A model generated the notes under the pieces. That model was given only the letters and a program-made list of their open reading frames with translations, searched no databases and was not told where the DNA came from. The position numbers and the translations under genes were made by a program. Shown piece after piece: positions 25,079 through 37,913 of a stretch of 64,000 bases of DNA; position 1 is the stretch's first letter; each line of letters opens with the position of its first letter. The stretch lies in assembly GCF_035594765.1 (NCBI RefSeq), contig NW_026943820.1, positions 29,830,647-29,894,646 on the forward strand, written 5' to 3'. This DNA is from Anolis carolinensis (lineage: Eukaryota).

Positions 25079-26356
25079 AGAGAATACTTCTAGAACATGG
25101 CCACTCAGCCCGAAAGACATACAACAACCCTATGTGGTTCGTCTTCACGTGGCGAATGTGTTCTTTAATCTGTAACGTTGGGCTTTGGCGTGACCGCTTG
25201 CCAGGCACGGACCCTCCGTATCCGCAGTCCTCGTCTGATTTTGACTTCACCAGGGAGTTGCAGTTCTTATTTAGGATTCTTAGTTAGAAATAATAATTCT
25301 CATTTAGAACCCCATCACCAACAAAAAAAATACAGGAAGGCTTTGAGGGGAATTCGCCTTGATTTATAGGAATTACAGTCCACCTGCACCCAGAGAGCAC
25401 TGTGAATGTAAACAACAATGGATCTGAACCAAATTTGGCACGCAAACCCAATACCGGTGGATTTGGCCTTGACATTTGTTAGTTGTAGGTACTGGGATGT
25501 ATAGTTCACCTGCAATCAAAGAGCACTCCGAACCCCACCCATGATGGACCTGGAACTCACTTGGCACACAGAACTTCCATGACCAACTGAACGTACGGGA
25601 GGGATTTAATGGACTGACCCACCATGATGGGAGTTGTAGTTCATCCTGCAGCTGGAGAGTGTACTGAATCCTACTGATGATGCATCTAGAGCACATCTGC
25701 CCAACATGACAAACTAAGTATTGATAGAGTTTCAGGGAGTTAACCCGGCATGATGTGAGTTGTAGTTCACCCACAACCTTACGTATTTGTATGACGGTGA
25801 CTTTCAAAGTAAGTGCCGCACAATTAAGCAGGAAAGAACACTTTCAAACCATTTTCATTTTTTTAATATAGTGATCATTGGCCATGATGATGACGAGCCC
25901 ACACCAACTGTGCAATGCATTACTTAGCAGTGTAAACAGACCCATTTTTAACTCCGGCAGCCGTTTGGAAGTAATTGTAGGACAATAAAAGATTTAAAGA
26001 ACGAAATTAAAGGAAGAAGAATTAAGCCCGGCAACCCCAGACCTCATCATTCAAGGCAGAGGCTATTTCCAGGCTCCTCGGCTTGCTAATCGGGTTTCCG
26101 TTTCTAAAAAATCCTATTATTTGTACACACACGCACCTCGTTTATTAATAATGGATTTTAATGCAGCCGGAAAAATGTTATTTCCTATAAATATCAGAAG
26201 ATACGTTGCCTTTGCACCAAGGGACCAACTAGATTAATAAATAGCCTTTTTCGGGAGACACCAAACTTGTACTGCACTGGAAACAAAAGTTTCGGCATCA
26301 GGGTTCTGCGTGCAGAATATAAAATGTCAATGGATCACGCATTTCATTTGTCTACA

Positions 26357-26658
26357 GGGTAGCCCTCGGTGGCGCAGTGAGTTAAAGCACTGAGCGGCTA
26401 AACTTGCAGACCGAAAGGTCGGCGATTCGAATACGGGGAGTGGGGTGAGCTCCCGCTGTTAGCTTCAGCTTCTGCCAACCTAGCAGTTCGAAAACATGCA
26501 AATGCGAGTGGATCAATAGGTACGGCTCCAGCAGGAAGGTAATGATGCTCCATGCAGTCATGCCAATAGCCACACGACCTTGGAGGTGTCTATGGACAAC
26601 GCCAGCTCTTCGGCTCAGAAATTGATGAGCACCAACCCCCAGAGTTGGGCACGACTGG
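26357..26658 (+). mobile_element. Sauria SINE (tRNA-derived)
   Basis: A-box GGTGGCGCAGTG, B-box-like TTCGAAT, body GCCAACCTAGCAGTTCGAAAACATGCAAATG. Confidence 0.8.
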
Positions 26659-26924
26659 CAGGGTAGCTCTGCTGCTGTTACCTGGTTGTTAAAAAAGCTC
26701 TGTACATGCTCAGAAACACCTGTGTTTTGAGGCTAAGAAACAGTATAAGAGATAAAGTGAGAAGTTGGGTCTAATCCACAAATTAGTTGGATGTCACAAC
26801 CTCTGAGGATGTCTGCCACGGATGTGGGCAAAATATCAGGAGATAATGCTTCTGGAACATGGCCAGACAGCCAGAAAACTCACAACAATCCTGTGATTTT
26901 GGTCATGAAAGCTTTCGACAACAT

Positions 26925-27023
26925 ATTATTATTATTATTATTAATAATAATTAAATGCTCCTTGAAATTGTAACTTTAAGGCAGACTTGTTCAAATGTAT
27001 TGTACCCAAGCGCCTTTTACAGC

Positions 27024-27080
<57 letters not shown>

Positions 27081-27154
27081 TAAATGCTCTTTGAAATCGT
27101 AACTTTAAGGCAGACTTTAGTTCAAATGTATTGTACCCAAGCGCCTTTTACAGA

Positions 27155-27198
<44 letters not shown>

Positions 27199-27256
27199 GC
27201 TTCTTGAAATCATAACTTTAAGGCAGACTTTAGTTCAAACATACTGTACCCAAGCG
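26925..27256. repeat. Three ~70-bp units separated by variable (ATT)n
   Basis: AACTTTAAGGCAGACTT..TTCAAA..TGTACCCAAGCG repeated 3x. Confidence 0.9.
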
Positions 27257-27547
27257 TAAAGCGTTCTCTACTATCCTGCCCAGTAAACATCGTCAGGATT
27301 TCATTGTTTGTTGGGAATAAATAGCCGAAGAAAACCACATCTTATTTTATGAGTGTTTAATTTCCAGTCCTCATAGCATTCCAATGACACGTGAGACTGT
27401 GCAACTGTCACCTCACAACTGATGCTACACTTCCATTGCATAAGGCCTTCGTCTGATGGACTTGACATAACTCCCTTTTGTAAACAAGGGCCCTGGGATG
27501 AGACAATTGTTTCTACGAAGCGGATGACGATTGCCAATGCCTAGAAG

Positions 27548-27667
27548 CAGGCATGGGCCAACTTGGGCCCTCCCTCCAGGTGTTTCGGACTTCAACTCCC
27601 ACCATTCCTAGCAGCCTACCGGCTGCTAGGAATGGTGGGAGTTGAAGTCCGAAACACCTGGAGGGAG
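27548..27667. mobile_element. Palindromic hAT-type MITE remnant forming a perfect 47-bp stem
   Basis: Arms 27570-27616 and 27621-27667; CAGGCATGGG end shared with copies at ~9570, ~29700 and ~58723. Confidence 0.75.
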
Positions 27668-27880
27668 TCCTAGAAGTCCTAGAAGTGAAAGACAACACAG
27701 ATCTTCATAAATGTATACATTCAGAGAGAATACTGCAATCTGTCACCTACTAAGACACTAACAGTGGTTTCTTTGGAGTCCTTCTTTGCCTTGCCTCCCA
27801 TCGAAGTCTCCGCTTCCTTGTCCAGCGAGCCAAAGTGGGCTGCAGACCCCAAGGAGGCTTGTCAAGGTCCCTCGCTCTTC

Positions 27881-30217
27881 TCAGGCGTCGTGGAGGCCGT
27901 CCTCATTCAGGAGGATCTTCTCTCCCGGCTTGAAGGCCGGCATCCCCCGGTAAGGGCAGCTGGCGCAGCGGAAGGCGTCCCCCAGGTAGCACTGCGGAAA
28001 GGAAAGGAAGGAGAAAGGCCACACACCGTCACGTTTCCTATCCCCAAACGAGATGCAGCTCATTCCTCTCGCTATCTCAAAGTCAGTGTTTGTCTGATCA
28101 AGCTGATGAAGAAACACAACCTACAAACCATACAGACCCACTAAGAAAATCCAACAACAGCACAGAACTGTTAGTAGCCAGCTGCAATAAATCCCTACTG
28201 ACCAAGAGTTCATGAGTTCGAAGTCTGGGTCAGATTGAGTGCCCAACCATTAAATAGCCTAGCTCGTTGTTAACCTTAGCAACCCAAAAGACAGTTGCAT
28301 CTGTCAAGTAGGAAAATTTAGGTACCGCTTATGTTAAATTAGATTTATACATATATGCATGTATACATATGTACAATATAATTTACAATAATACAGTAGT
28401 CTCACTTATCCAAGCTAAACGGGCCAGCAGAAGCTTGGATAAGCGAATATCTTGGATAATAAGGAGGGATTAAGGAAAAGCCTATTAAACATCAAATTAG
28501 GTTATGATTTTACAAATGAAGCACCAAAACATCATGTTAGACAACAAATTTGACAGAAAAAGTAGTTCAATACACAGTAATGCTATGTTGTAATTACTGT
28601 ATTTACAACTTTAGCACCAAAATATCATGATATATTGAAAACAGTGACTACAAAAATGGCTTGGATTATCCAGAGGCTTGGATAAGCGAGGCTTGGATGA
28701 GTGAGACTCTACTGTATATAATATTATAATATAGTGTATATGCATATAATATTAATATTATTTTGTAATACAATATAATACTAATAATACAATATAATAA
28801 TATTAATTATATATTATATATTAAATGTAAATATTACTAATAATATTGCAATATATTTATATAGTACAATATAGTAATTTATTGCCAGTATTGTGCTATG
28901 CTAATAATATAATATTGTATGTAGATTTAATTTGTAAGCCGCTCTGAGTCCCCTTCGGGCTGAGAAGGGCGGCATATAAATGCATTAAATAAATAAATAA
29001 ATTACATCACCATTCGGATTGAGTGCCCGACCACTAATAGCCTAGCTTATTGTCAACCTAAGCAACCCGAAAGACAGTTGCATCTGTCGAGTAGGAAAAT
29101 TTAGGTACCGCTTTATGCAAGGAGTCTAATTTAACTCATTTACATCACCATTCGGATTGAGTGCCCGACCACTAATAGCCTAGCTCGTTGTCAACCTAAG
29201 CAACCCGAAAGACAGTTGCATCTGTCGAGTAGGAAATTTAGGTACTGCTTTATGCAAGGAGTCTAATTTAACTCATTTACATCACCATTCGGATTGAGTG
29301 CCCGACCACTAATAGCCTAGCTCGTTGTCAACCTAAGCAACCTGAAAGACAGTTGCATCTGTCGAGTAGGAAAATTTAGGTACCGCTATATGCAAGGAGT
29401 CTAATTTAACTCATTTACATCACCATTCGGATTGAGTTCCCGACCACTAATAGCCTAGCACATTGTAGGCCCTTACGTTCCCGCAGGCGGATTTGGGCTG
29501 CGCGCTCCTCTTCTCCTGCTCCAGCTCTTCAGCGAGGCCACAGGTGCTGTGGGAAGAAACAGGTTTTGCAAGCATTTGGTCCCGTAAAGTATTCATTACT
29601 TTGCGGCTTAAGCAGCTGAGGGGGAAACGGAAAGGGCCTGAGGCCTGGGATTGTGGGAGTTGAAGTCCAAAACACCTTTAGGAAAGGCCCAAGTTTGCCC
29701 AGGCCTGCATTAGAGTGATGGAGTTTGCGTATTTCAGGACTCACCAGTTTTTGCAGGCTTTCCTCTTCCCGGCTTCCTTGCAGGAGGGGGCTTTCAGGGA
29801 AGCCGGGTCGGGCTTTTTCAAATCCTCGGGATCCAGGAGCTCATCTGAATCCAGCAAATCCTGAAACGGAAGTCAAGAATATGGGCGATGACGTATAGAA
29901 AAATGAAACCTTAAGCCCGTCCGCATTTTGGAAACTGCGTTCCCACTCTGCCGTACTGTTGTTACAAAAGCCTGTCAATATTTGGCCTCAGAAGGAATGC
30001 AATACTGATGTTACATAGAGAAATATATATAAGACATAGAGCCTTTCATGTGGAAATTGTAGCACTGACATATATGGGAAAAAATGAATGCTTCTAGCTT
30101 TTTTGCACTCACCACGTCGTCGTCATTCATATCGTTGGCAGAAAGAGTCCACAGCTTGGCAGCAGAAGGATCCACAGCGGGCTTTTCTGAGGACAAGAGA
30201 GATGGGAAAGATAGGAG

Positions 30218-30265
<48 letters not shown>

Positions 30266-33200
30266 TTGCATCCTGCCTCCATCTCCCTGAAGGGACACGG
30301 GGCGCCTCACATGAGGACCAAGCCCAACCAACAGTTAAAATAACATTCATAAAACAACATCATAATAAACAAAATAAACAGCACACAAAATGACACAATA
30401 AAAGAACATGATAGCATCCAGGTACAAAATCCCATCATACCAAAATACCATTTATGTATCCACTATCTTGGGTACCCAGCAATACCTGAGTTATTTGAAA
30501 AGGTCCTTGGTTGTTTTTGAATGCTAGGTAATATCAGTTTGATGAAATTATTTTTGTTGCTACTTTGTTACTGTGATTTTGCTCCTGTTATGAATCATAA
30601 TGTAAATATCTGAGATGCAGGATGTATTTTCATTCACTGGACCACATTGGGAACAAATACCCAATACGTTCAAATCTGAATACTGGTGGAGTTTGTGGGG
30701 GGGGGGGGGTGATTTTGCCATTTGGGAGTTGTAGTTGCTGGGATTTATAGCTCCAAAAAGTCACAGATATCTATATAGTATAAAGGAGGTAAACAAGGGT
30801 TGTGTCTGTTAAATCACAGTAATATTACTGGGATTTATAGCTCACCTACAATCAAAGAGCATTCTGAACTCCACCAACAATGGAATTGAACCAGACTTGG
30901 CACATAGAACTCCCATGACCAACAGAAAATACTGGAAGAGTTTGGTGGGTGTTTGGGAGTTGTAGTTCACCTATATCCAGAGGGCACTTTGGATTCAAAA
31001 AACGAAGGATCTGGACCAAACTTGGCACGAATACTCAATATACCCAAATATGAACACTGGTGGAGTTGGGGGAAACCAACAGGAAAGGCTTGCCCACAAA
31101 CTCTTCCTTACCAGCTGCAGTGGGTTTTTTGGCAAAAGAAAGCCTGAGCTGGCTGGAGGATCCCACTTCGAAATTTGGTTTTTTGCCTTCCATTTGGACA
31201 GAGAGGAGCTCCCCGCCTTGCAAACCCAAGCGCTCCCGGATGGACTGCACTTGCTCTGGCGTTAAAGTCTCCTTCTGGATCTGCAATGCAAGACAAGGCA
31301 AAACAAAGCACAGTAGCATCAACTTTATTTATCTCTCTTCTTTCCCCCCACACACAAAATTAGGACTCGAGGAGTCTTACAAGTAACAGCACGGGCAATG
31401 AAGTGAAAGGATTGAGAAAGGATCACCATTAAGATGGGATTGGTTGCTAGCAGAACTAAAAAGAGTTTGAAAAATCCCAACAAAAATGTTAGAGCAGTTA
31501 TTATTATCATTAATAATAATAATAATCTGCCAATACAATACAGTTTAAAACCCTAAAAATACACAAACACTAAAACATAAATAAATAGGAATGACATTAA
31601 AAATAAACAGTTAAACCCCTTAAACAGACTTAAAACCTATGATTTTCCCACATCTGAAAAATATGTTCATTACAGCTGTGTTCTCAGGCCCCTTCTACAC
31701 TGCCATATAATCCAGGTTATCAAAGCATATAATCCACATTATCGGTTTTGAACTGGGTTATATAACAATAATAATAATAATAATAATAATAATGGGAAGT
31801 GTTGAACTTGTGATTTTGTGATACGAAATCCAGCATATCTATCTTGTTTGCTGTGTCATAATAAAATAATAATAACAACAACAACAACAACAACAACAAC
31901 AACTTTATTTTTCTATCTCAACTCCATCTCCCCGCTTGTTTATTTTTTATTTTGAAATTGGTCAGCAGCTGCTGCATTTCCCACCCTCGGCTTATACTCG
32001 AGTAAGTTTTCACAGTCTTTTTGTGGCAAAGTTAGGTGCCTCGGTTTATATTCAGGTCGTCTTATACCCGAGTATATGCCCTTATTGGACACAATCTATA
32101 CAAGATGTAAAATCCAAACATATACCTCCTTTACGTCGACTAACCCAGAGAGGGTCAAAGCTGCAGGTAGCTTGGCCATTGCCTTGAGTTTGCTGCTGTT
32201 ACCTGGAAGACAAAACCCAACGTGAAGCATTGGAGAAGAGGCTCAAATCATGGAAAACAGTTCCTGAAGCTTGCCCTTTGATAGAAATGGTCAACTAGTC
32301 CCCATAAGCAGGATAATGGAAAAGCTGGGAAATAAAAATTGGATAAAAGTACTAGGCTTATGTAATAAACTTAAATTTATTTATTTATTTACTGCATTTA
32401 TATTCTAACCTGGAAGGGGACTTAAGATCAGCTTACAAATAATATGTACATAAAATATATTATATTATTAGCATAGCACAATATTAGCATTATTATATTG
32501 TACTATACCACGATACTGTAATATTATTAGTAATATTACATGTAATGTACAATATATAATTAATATTATTATATTGTATTATTATTAGAATTACATTGTA
32601 ATACATTATATTATCAATATTATATATATACAATATATTATTAGCATAACACAATATTAGCATTATATATTACTATATTGTACTATACCACTATACTGTA
32701 ATATTATTAGTAATATTACATGTAATATATAATAACTATTATGTTATAATTAATAATAGAAGAACTGTGTTGTCGAATTTTTTCATGGCCAGAATCAATG
32801 GGTTGCTGTGAGTTTTCTGGGCTGTCTGGCCATGTCTCAGAAGCATTCTCCTCTGACGTTTCACCCACCTATATAAACCCCACTTGCCTCGTTTCAAACA
32901 GACCTCACAACCTCTGAGGATGCCTGAGGATACTTTCAAAGTAAGGATCGCGCAATGAAACATAAAATAACATTTTCAAACCAGGAATAGATTTTTTTCT
33001 CCAAATTTTGTTTCACAGTGCAATTTGATAGCCTTGAGCGCCACGGCAATGAAGGGCCAATAACTTACTTGTCTCTGTTGTCACCACTTCCTTCAGAAGC
33101 ACCCGTCCTCCTGGCTTAAGGATCCGCGCTATTTCGGCCAGCACTTCCGTACTGTGAACCGTCGTGCTGCCAGGCACCATGCCTGAGAGAATCACATCAA

Positions 33201-33563
33201 AACTGGACTCCTTATGGGATGCTGAAGAGATAAAATAGCAGGGTCTATAGGGGGTCATTTTGCAATCTCTGCAGGGTGGGGTTGCACATGATAAAACGGC
33301 AGGTTGTGAAATGAGGATAGGATTAGGTAGGAAACATCTCCCTTCCGCCATTCAGCCTTATAATTATTTATGCCGTGCACAAGAACGAATGCTTTGGAGC
33401 ACTTACACTGCAGCAACTGGTTGACGTTTTCGACAGAGACGTGGCCCTCGACGCCAACTGCCGCCTGGATATTCTGCACAAGGGATTGCAGGGCTTCAGG
33501 TGGAGACTGGCTGTCCCAAACCACGGCCACTTGCTGCCCCATAGAGATCCCATACTCCACCAT
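27881..33563 (-). CDS. CIAPIN1: Anamorsin (Fe-S cluster assembly factor, Dre2 homologue), 308 aa
   Basis: Exons 33563-33407, 33221-33069, 32202-32126, 31280-31112, 30186-30113, 29860-29745, 29546-29477, 27991-27881; Cys motifs KACKNCTCGLAE and [19 protein letters not shown]. Confidence 0.97.
28394..28714. mobile_element. Tc1/mariner-pogo type MITE
   Basis: Same family as 151-591. Confidence 0.8.
29002..29460. repeat. SINE-derived tandem repeat, ~3.3 x 138 bp
   Basis: TTACATCACCATTCGGATTGAG units; body matches the SINE at 46051-46430. Confidence 0.9.
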
Positions 33564-34027
33564 GTTTATCACCAGACTGGAAAGGAATCAGAAACAGTTG
33601 GTGGAAAAGGAAAGCCATTGACCTGAAAGTATAAATGCACAGAAAAGAGATCTGAACTGACGGGGGATCTTGTAGAGCAGTGGGTCCCAAACCGTGGGCC
33701 GTGGCCCATTGGTGGCCCACGAGACCTAAAATAATGTCCGCGAGACATGCGGGGAAAATTGCCGCCATTGGAGGAGAGCAAGAGAGAGAAGTAGAGGGAG
33801 ATAGGAAGGAAGGAAGGAAGGAAGGAAGGAAGGAAGGAAGGAAGGAAGGAAGGAAGGAAGGAAAGAAACGCAGGCGAGGGCAACAGGCCAGGGTGGAGAA
33901 AACTCACCTGGTGGCATACGCAAGGGAGGAAGAGAGAGTCCCCCAAAGTTGTTGTTGTTGTTGGAAAGCAGACCTTTGTAAGACCCAGATTGGTTCCCCC
34001 AAAGTAATTATTATTATTATTATTATT

Positions 34028-34058
<31 letters not shown>

Positions 34059-34127
34059 TATCCCAATGCCACACATCAGTTGTAATAAGAAAGCAGCCCT
34101 TTATAAGATGCTGTTTAGTCCCACAAA

Positions 34128-34180
<53 letters not shown>

Positions 34181-34905
34181 AGTCGTTGGGGACAGTTTCT
34201 TGCATCTCACACTCTGCTTTTTGCATTTTTTCAACCCCAGCCCCCTCTTTTGTCCTGGAGAGGACTGGGGGAGGATGGAACCTGGATGATGGGATTTGCA
34301 GTACCGTCACCCACGTCATCCACATCCACAGACCACTGCAAACCCCATCAGCCATGGATCTGCAGCAATTTCTAATGGGTCCATTCATAACATTTAAAAA
34401 ATCCCCTTTTCAAATAACCCAGGTACCTAGCTAGTAGTAAATAAAATTACTTACGAAAGCTGGTTTGCATTTAAATGTCTAAGCTACCCAATCAGGAAAC
34501 TAGCTTTTTGTCACAGCAGTGTCAATTCAACTGTACCAAGAATGATAGAAAACAGTACTATAGTATCTTTTATCTCCTCTGCACACATTTATAAACAGCT
34601 GATGTCTAGAAGACTCATCCTTTCCCTGAACAGTAAAGATAAGACTTTTTTTTAAAGCCTAGCAATAGTGCTTTCTGCCAGACCCTTGCAATTTTTAAAA
34701 AATGCAGCACGATGGAGCAGAAGAATAAAGTTACATGCCATATAGTGTGACAAAGGGAAGGTTAACTGCTACATTTAACGGCATGGTTTATTGCCTCCTC
34801 ATATTCATAAATTGCATGTAAGTGAAGAAGAGCAACACACCCAGGCCACGAGATTTAGATTGCACTATCGGGTCATAAAGCAGGGATGGGTAAGCAACAC
34901 TATGT

Positions 34906-35114
34906 CACAAATGGGTTGCTGTGAGTTTTCCGGGCTGTATGGCCATGTTCCAGAAGCAATCTATCCTGACGTTTTCCCCACATTTATGGGAAGCATTCTC
35001 GGAGGTTGAACATAGATGTGGGCAAATCATCAGGAGAGAATGCTTCCGGAACACGGCCATACAGCCCGGAATGCTCACAGCAATCCCAGTGATTCCGGTC
35101 ATGAAAGCCTTCAA
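34906..35114. mobile_element. Inverted pair of Penelope pseudo-LTR fragments
   Basis: Flanked by the direct repeat CAACACTATGT. Confidence 0.7.
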
Positions 35115-35978
35115 CAACACTATGTAACAAAATCAGAAAAAAAAAATCTGTTCCTGGTATGAAAGTCTGATTTCCTCTTTAATTAATTTTACCCTCTGAA
35201 TATTTAATTATTATTATTGTCCTGGTTTTAATTCTGTTGATGTGTGTTTATTGTTTTATGTAGTTATAATGTTTTTAATTGATTGTTCTGTGTTTTAATT
35301 TGTGTTGTTGGGCTTGTCTCCATGTCAGCCACCCCAAGTCCCTTTGGGGAGATGGAGGCGGGATACAAAAATAAAGTTATTATTATTATATTATTTAATT
35401 GAGTGGTTGGAAGATTGTGGGAGAGACAGCCCAAAAAGGCAACTTTCTTCATGTTTTGGATGTTCTAGTTTGCAGCCTTTGGGGAGGTGAAGAAAGGAGT
35501 CACGGTCAAATCATGTATGTCGATGTGCCTTCAAGTCGGCTGTAAACATATACTGGCCCCATCAATGTATGAGATTTGTATAAGATATGAGCTCCCTTCA
35601 TGGAAAGTGGAGCCTGCACCGAATGTAAAACAAATCCCTGCGGGTTAAAAGCAAAAGCAGGCAAGGCAGATGTTTCAACTTGCTGAAGCAAACAATAATT
35701 ATGGGGAGGAAAGATGTAATTAAATTCAGTGATTCAGGGTTCGTTTTAAAATAACAAAACGCTAGAGCAAAATCCAAAGGTGGCTTTGAGAAAACTGAAT
35801 GGCAGTTTTGACTCTTGAAAGGGCTGCCACAATAATGGAAGAGTTGTTAGAGAAGTTACATTTTTAACATTTTCCAGAATGTGCCAGCGACATATAAACA
35901 GATATCCCACCATGCAAACATTTTGTATTTTGGAAGCCATTATCTAAAAATTACTATAATTATATTATCATACACATA

Positions 35979-36289
35979 CAGTAGAGTCTCACTTATCCAA
36001 CATTCGCTTATCCAGTGTTCTGGATTATCCAACACAGTCAGCCTTTTAGTAGTCAATGTTTTCAACACATTGTGATGTTTTGGTGCTAAATTCATAAACA
36101 CAGTAATTACTATGTAGCATTACTGCATATTGAACTACTTTTTCTGTCAAATTTGTTGTATAACATGATGTTTTGGTGCTTAATTTGTAAAATCATAACC
36201 TAATTTGATGTTTAATACGTTTTTCCTTAATCCCTCCTTATTATCCAACATTCTGCCGGCCTGTTTATGTTTTAAGTGAGACTCTACTG
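35979..36289. mobile_element. Tc1/mariner-pogo type MITE
   Basis: TIRs plus TA TSD. Confidence 0.8.
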
Positions 36290-37139
36290 TAATATAATAG
36301 GTTGTTGTGTGTTTTCTGGGCTGTCTGGCCATGTTTCAGAAGCATTCTCTCCTGGCGTTTTGCCCACATCTATGGCAGGCATCCTCAGAGGTTGTGAAGA
36401 AGGAGGGCCAGGAAGACATCATTCCACCATGTCTCCTGTCAATATAACAATATAATAATCTATAATAGTAATATTATGCTATACTAATAATATAATATAT
36501 TGTATATACATATAATATTGATAATAATATTATAATGTAATACAATATAATAATAATTCACTATTATAATTTTATATTATATACTACATGTAATATTACT
36601 AATAATATTGCAGGGTCGTGGTATAGTACAATATAGTAATAAATGATGCTTATATTGTGCTTTGCTAATAATATAATATATTGTATGTACATAAAACTTG
36701 TAAGCCGCTCTGAGCCCCCTTCGGGGTGAGAAGGGCGGGATATAAATGTTGCCAATAAATAAATAAATAATCATTGTGAGGTATATTGGAAACTAAGCAA
36801 GGGAGGTTGATAGTAGAGTTTCACTTATCCAACATAAATGGGCCGGCAGAATGTTGGATAAGCGAATATGTTGTATAATAAGGGGGGATTAAGGAAAAGC
36901 CTATTAAACATCAAATTAGGTTATGATTTTACAAATTAAGCACCAAAGCATCATGTTTAACAACAAATCTGACAGAAAAATTAGTTCAATACGCAGTAAT
37001 GTTGTGTAGAATTTACTTATTTACCAATTTCGCAGCAAACATCACAATGTATTGAAAACATCAACTACAAAAACATTGACTACTAAAAAGCAGACTGCGT
37101 TGGATAATACAGAACATTGGATAAGCAAGACTCTACTGT

Positions 37140-37472
37140 ATATATCTGTGGAAGGTCCAATGGGAGAAATTGGAGCATGTGGACAATTTCAACAGAAAGG
37201 AGGAAACCATGAAAATGAACACAATCTGGCTCCCAGTATTTAATAAACTCTAAAATCAGAACAGGAAATAAAGAACAACACTCTGAAAACAGAATTCCAG
37301 ACATGAAACAATCAGGGCCAGGTAACACCTCCCAACAAGAGATTCCCCCAGGAAGTAAGCAGCCAGGCTTTGAAGCTACAAGGCCATTCAATGATAATCA
37401 AGGTTGCCAATGACAACATTCACACTTGCCTTAAAACAGACAAGAGTTCTTTCTCTCTGGACACCATTCCAC

Positions 37473-37524
<52 letters not shown>

Positions 37525-37652
37525 CTCACTTTCCTAGTTTTCCAAAATACCTCACAACCTCTGAGGATGCCTGCCATAGATGTGGGAGAAACGTCAGGAG
37601 AGAATGCTTCTGGAACATGGCCACACTGCCCGGAAAACTCACAGCAACCCAT
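37140..37652 (+). mobile_element. Penelope-like element 3' fragment
   Basis: Same pseudo-LTR sequence, including a near-intact hammerhead at ~37558-37598. Confidence 0.75.
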
Positions 37653-37729
37653 TATTTCTACATTCAAAGTGACCTACAAATTTAAAAAACACAAAAAGGT
37701 AAATATTTAAACAAATATAAAATGCCTCA

Positions 37730-37913
37730 GAGACCTTGTTCCTCTGTCCCGGCGTCTCTCTCAGCTTTTCCTATCCTTCGCAACTTCCGCAGCGACGCCT
37801 TAATACGTAGGTTAGGAGCGACGACGTCAAAACACCGTCGCTTTTGCCCTCTTCAAAGATGGCGGCCTCCCTGCTTAGAGGCGGGCCTGGCAGCGCCGGT
37901 GCCCTTCTCAAAG
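37730..37913. promoter_or_regulatory. Bidirectional CpG-island promoter CIAPIN1/COQ9
   Basis: CpG-rich; CRE-like GACGTCA (~37823), two YY1-type AAGATGGCGG motifs (37856, 37911), GC box; this head-to-head arrangement is also seen in mammals. Confidence 0.7.

Larger units (their letters stand above)
24281..25128 (+). mobile_element. Penelope-like element with inverted partial pseudo-LTR
   Basis: Flanked by the 12-bp direct repeat CCTATGTGGTTC (24269-24280, 25129-25140). Confidence 0.8.
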
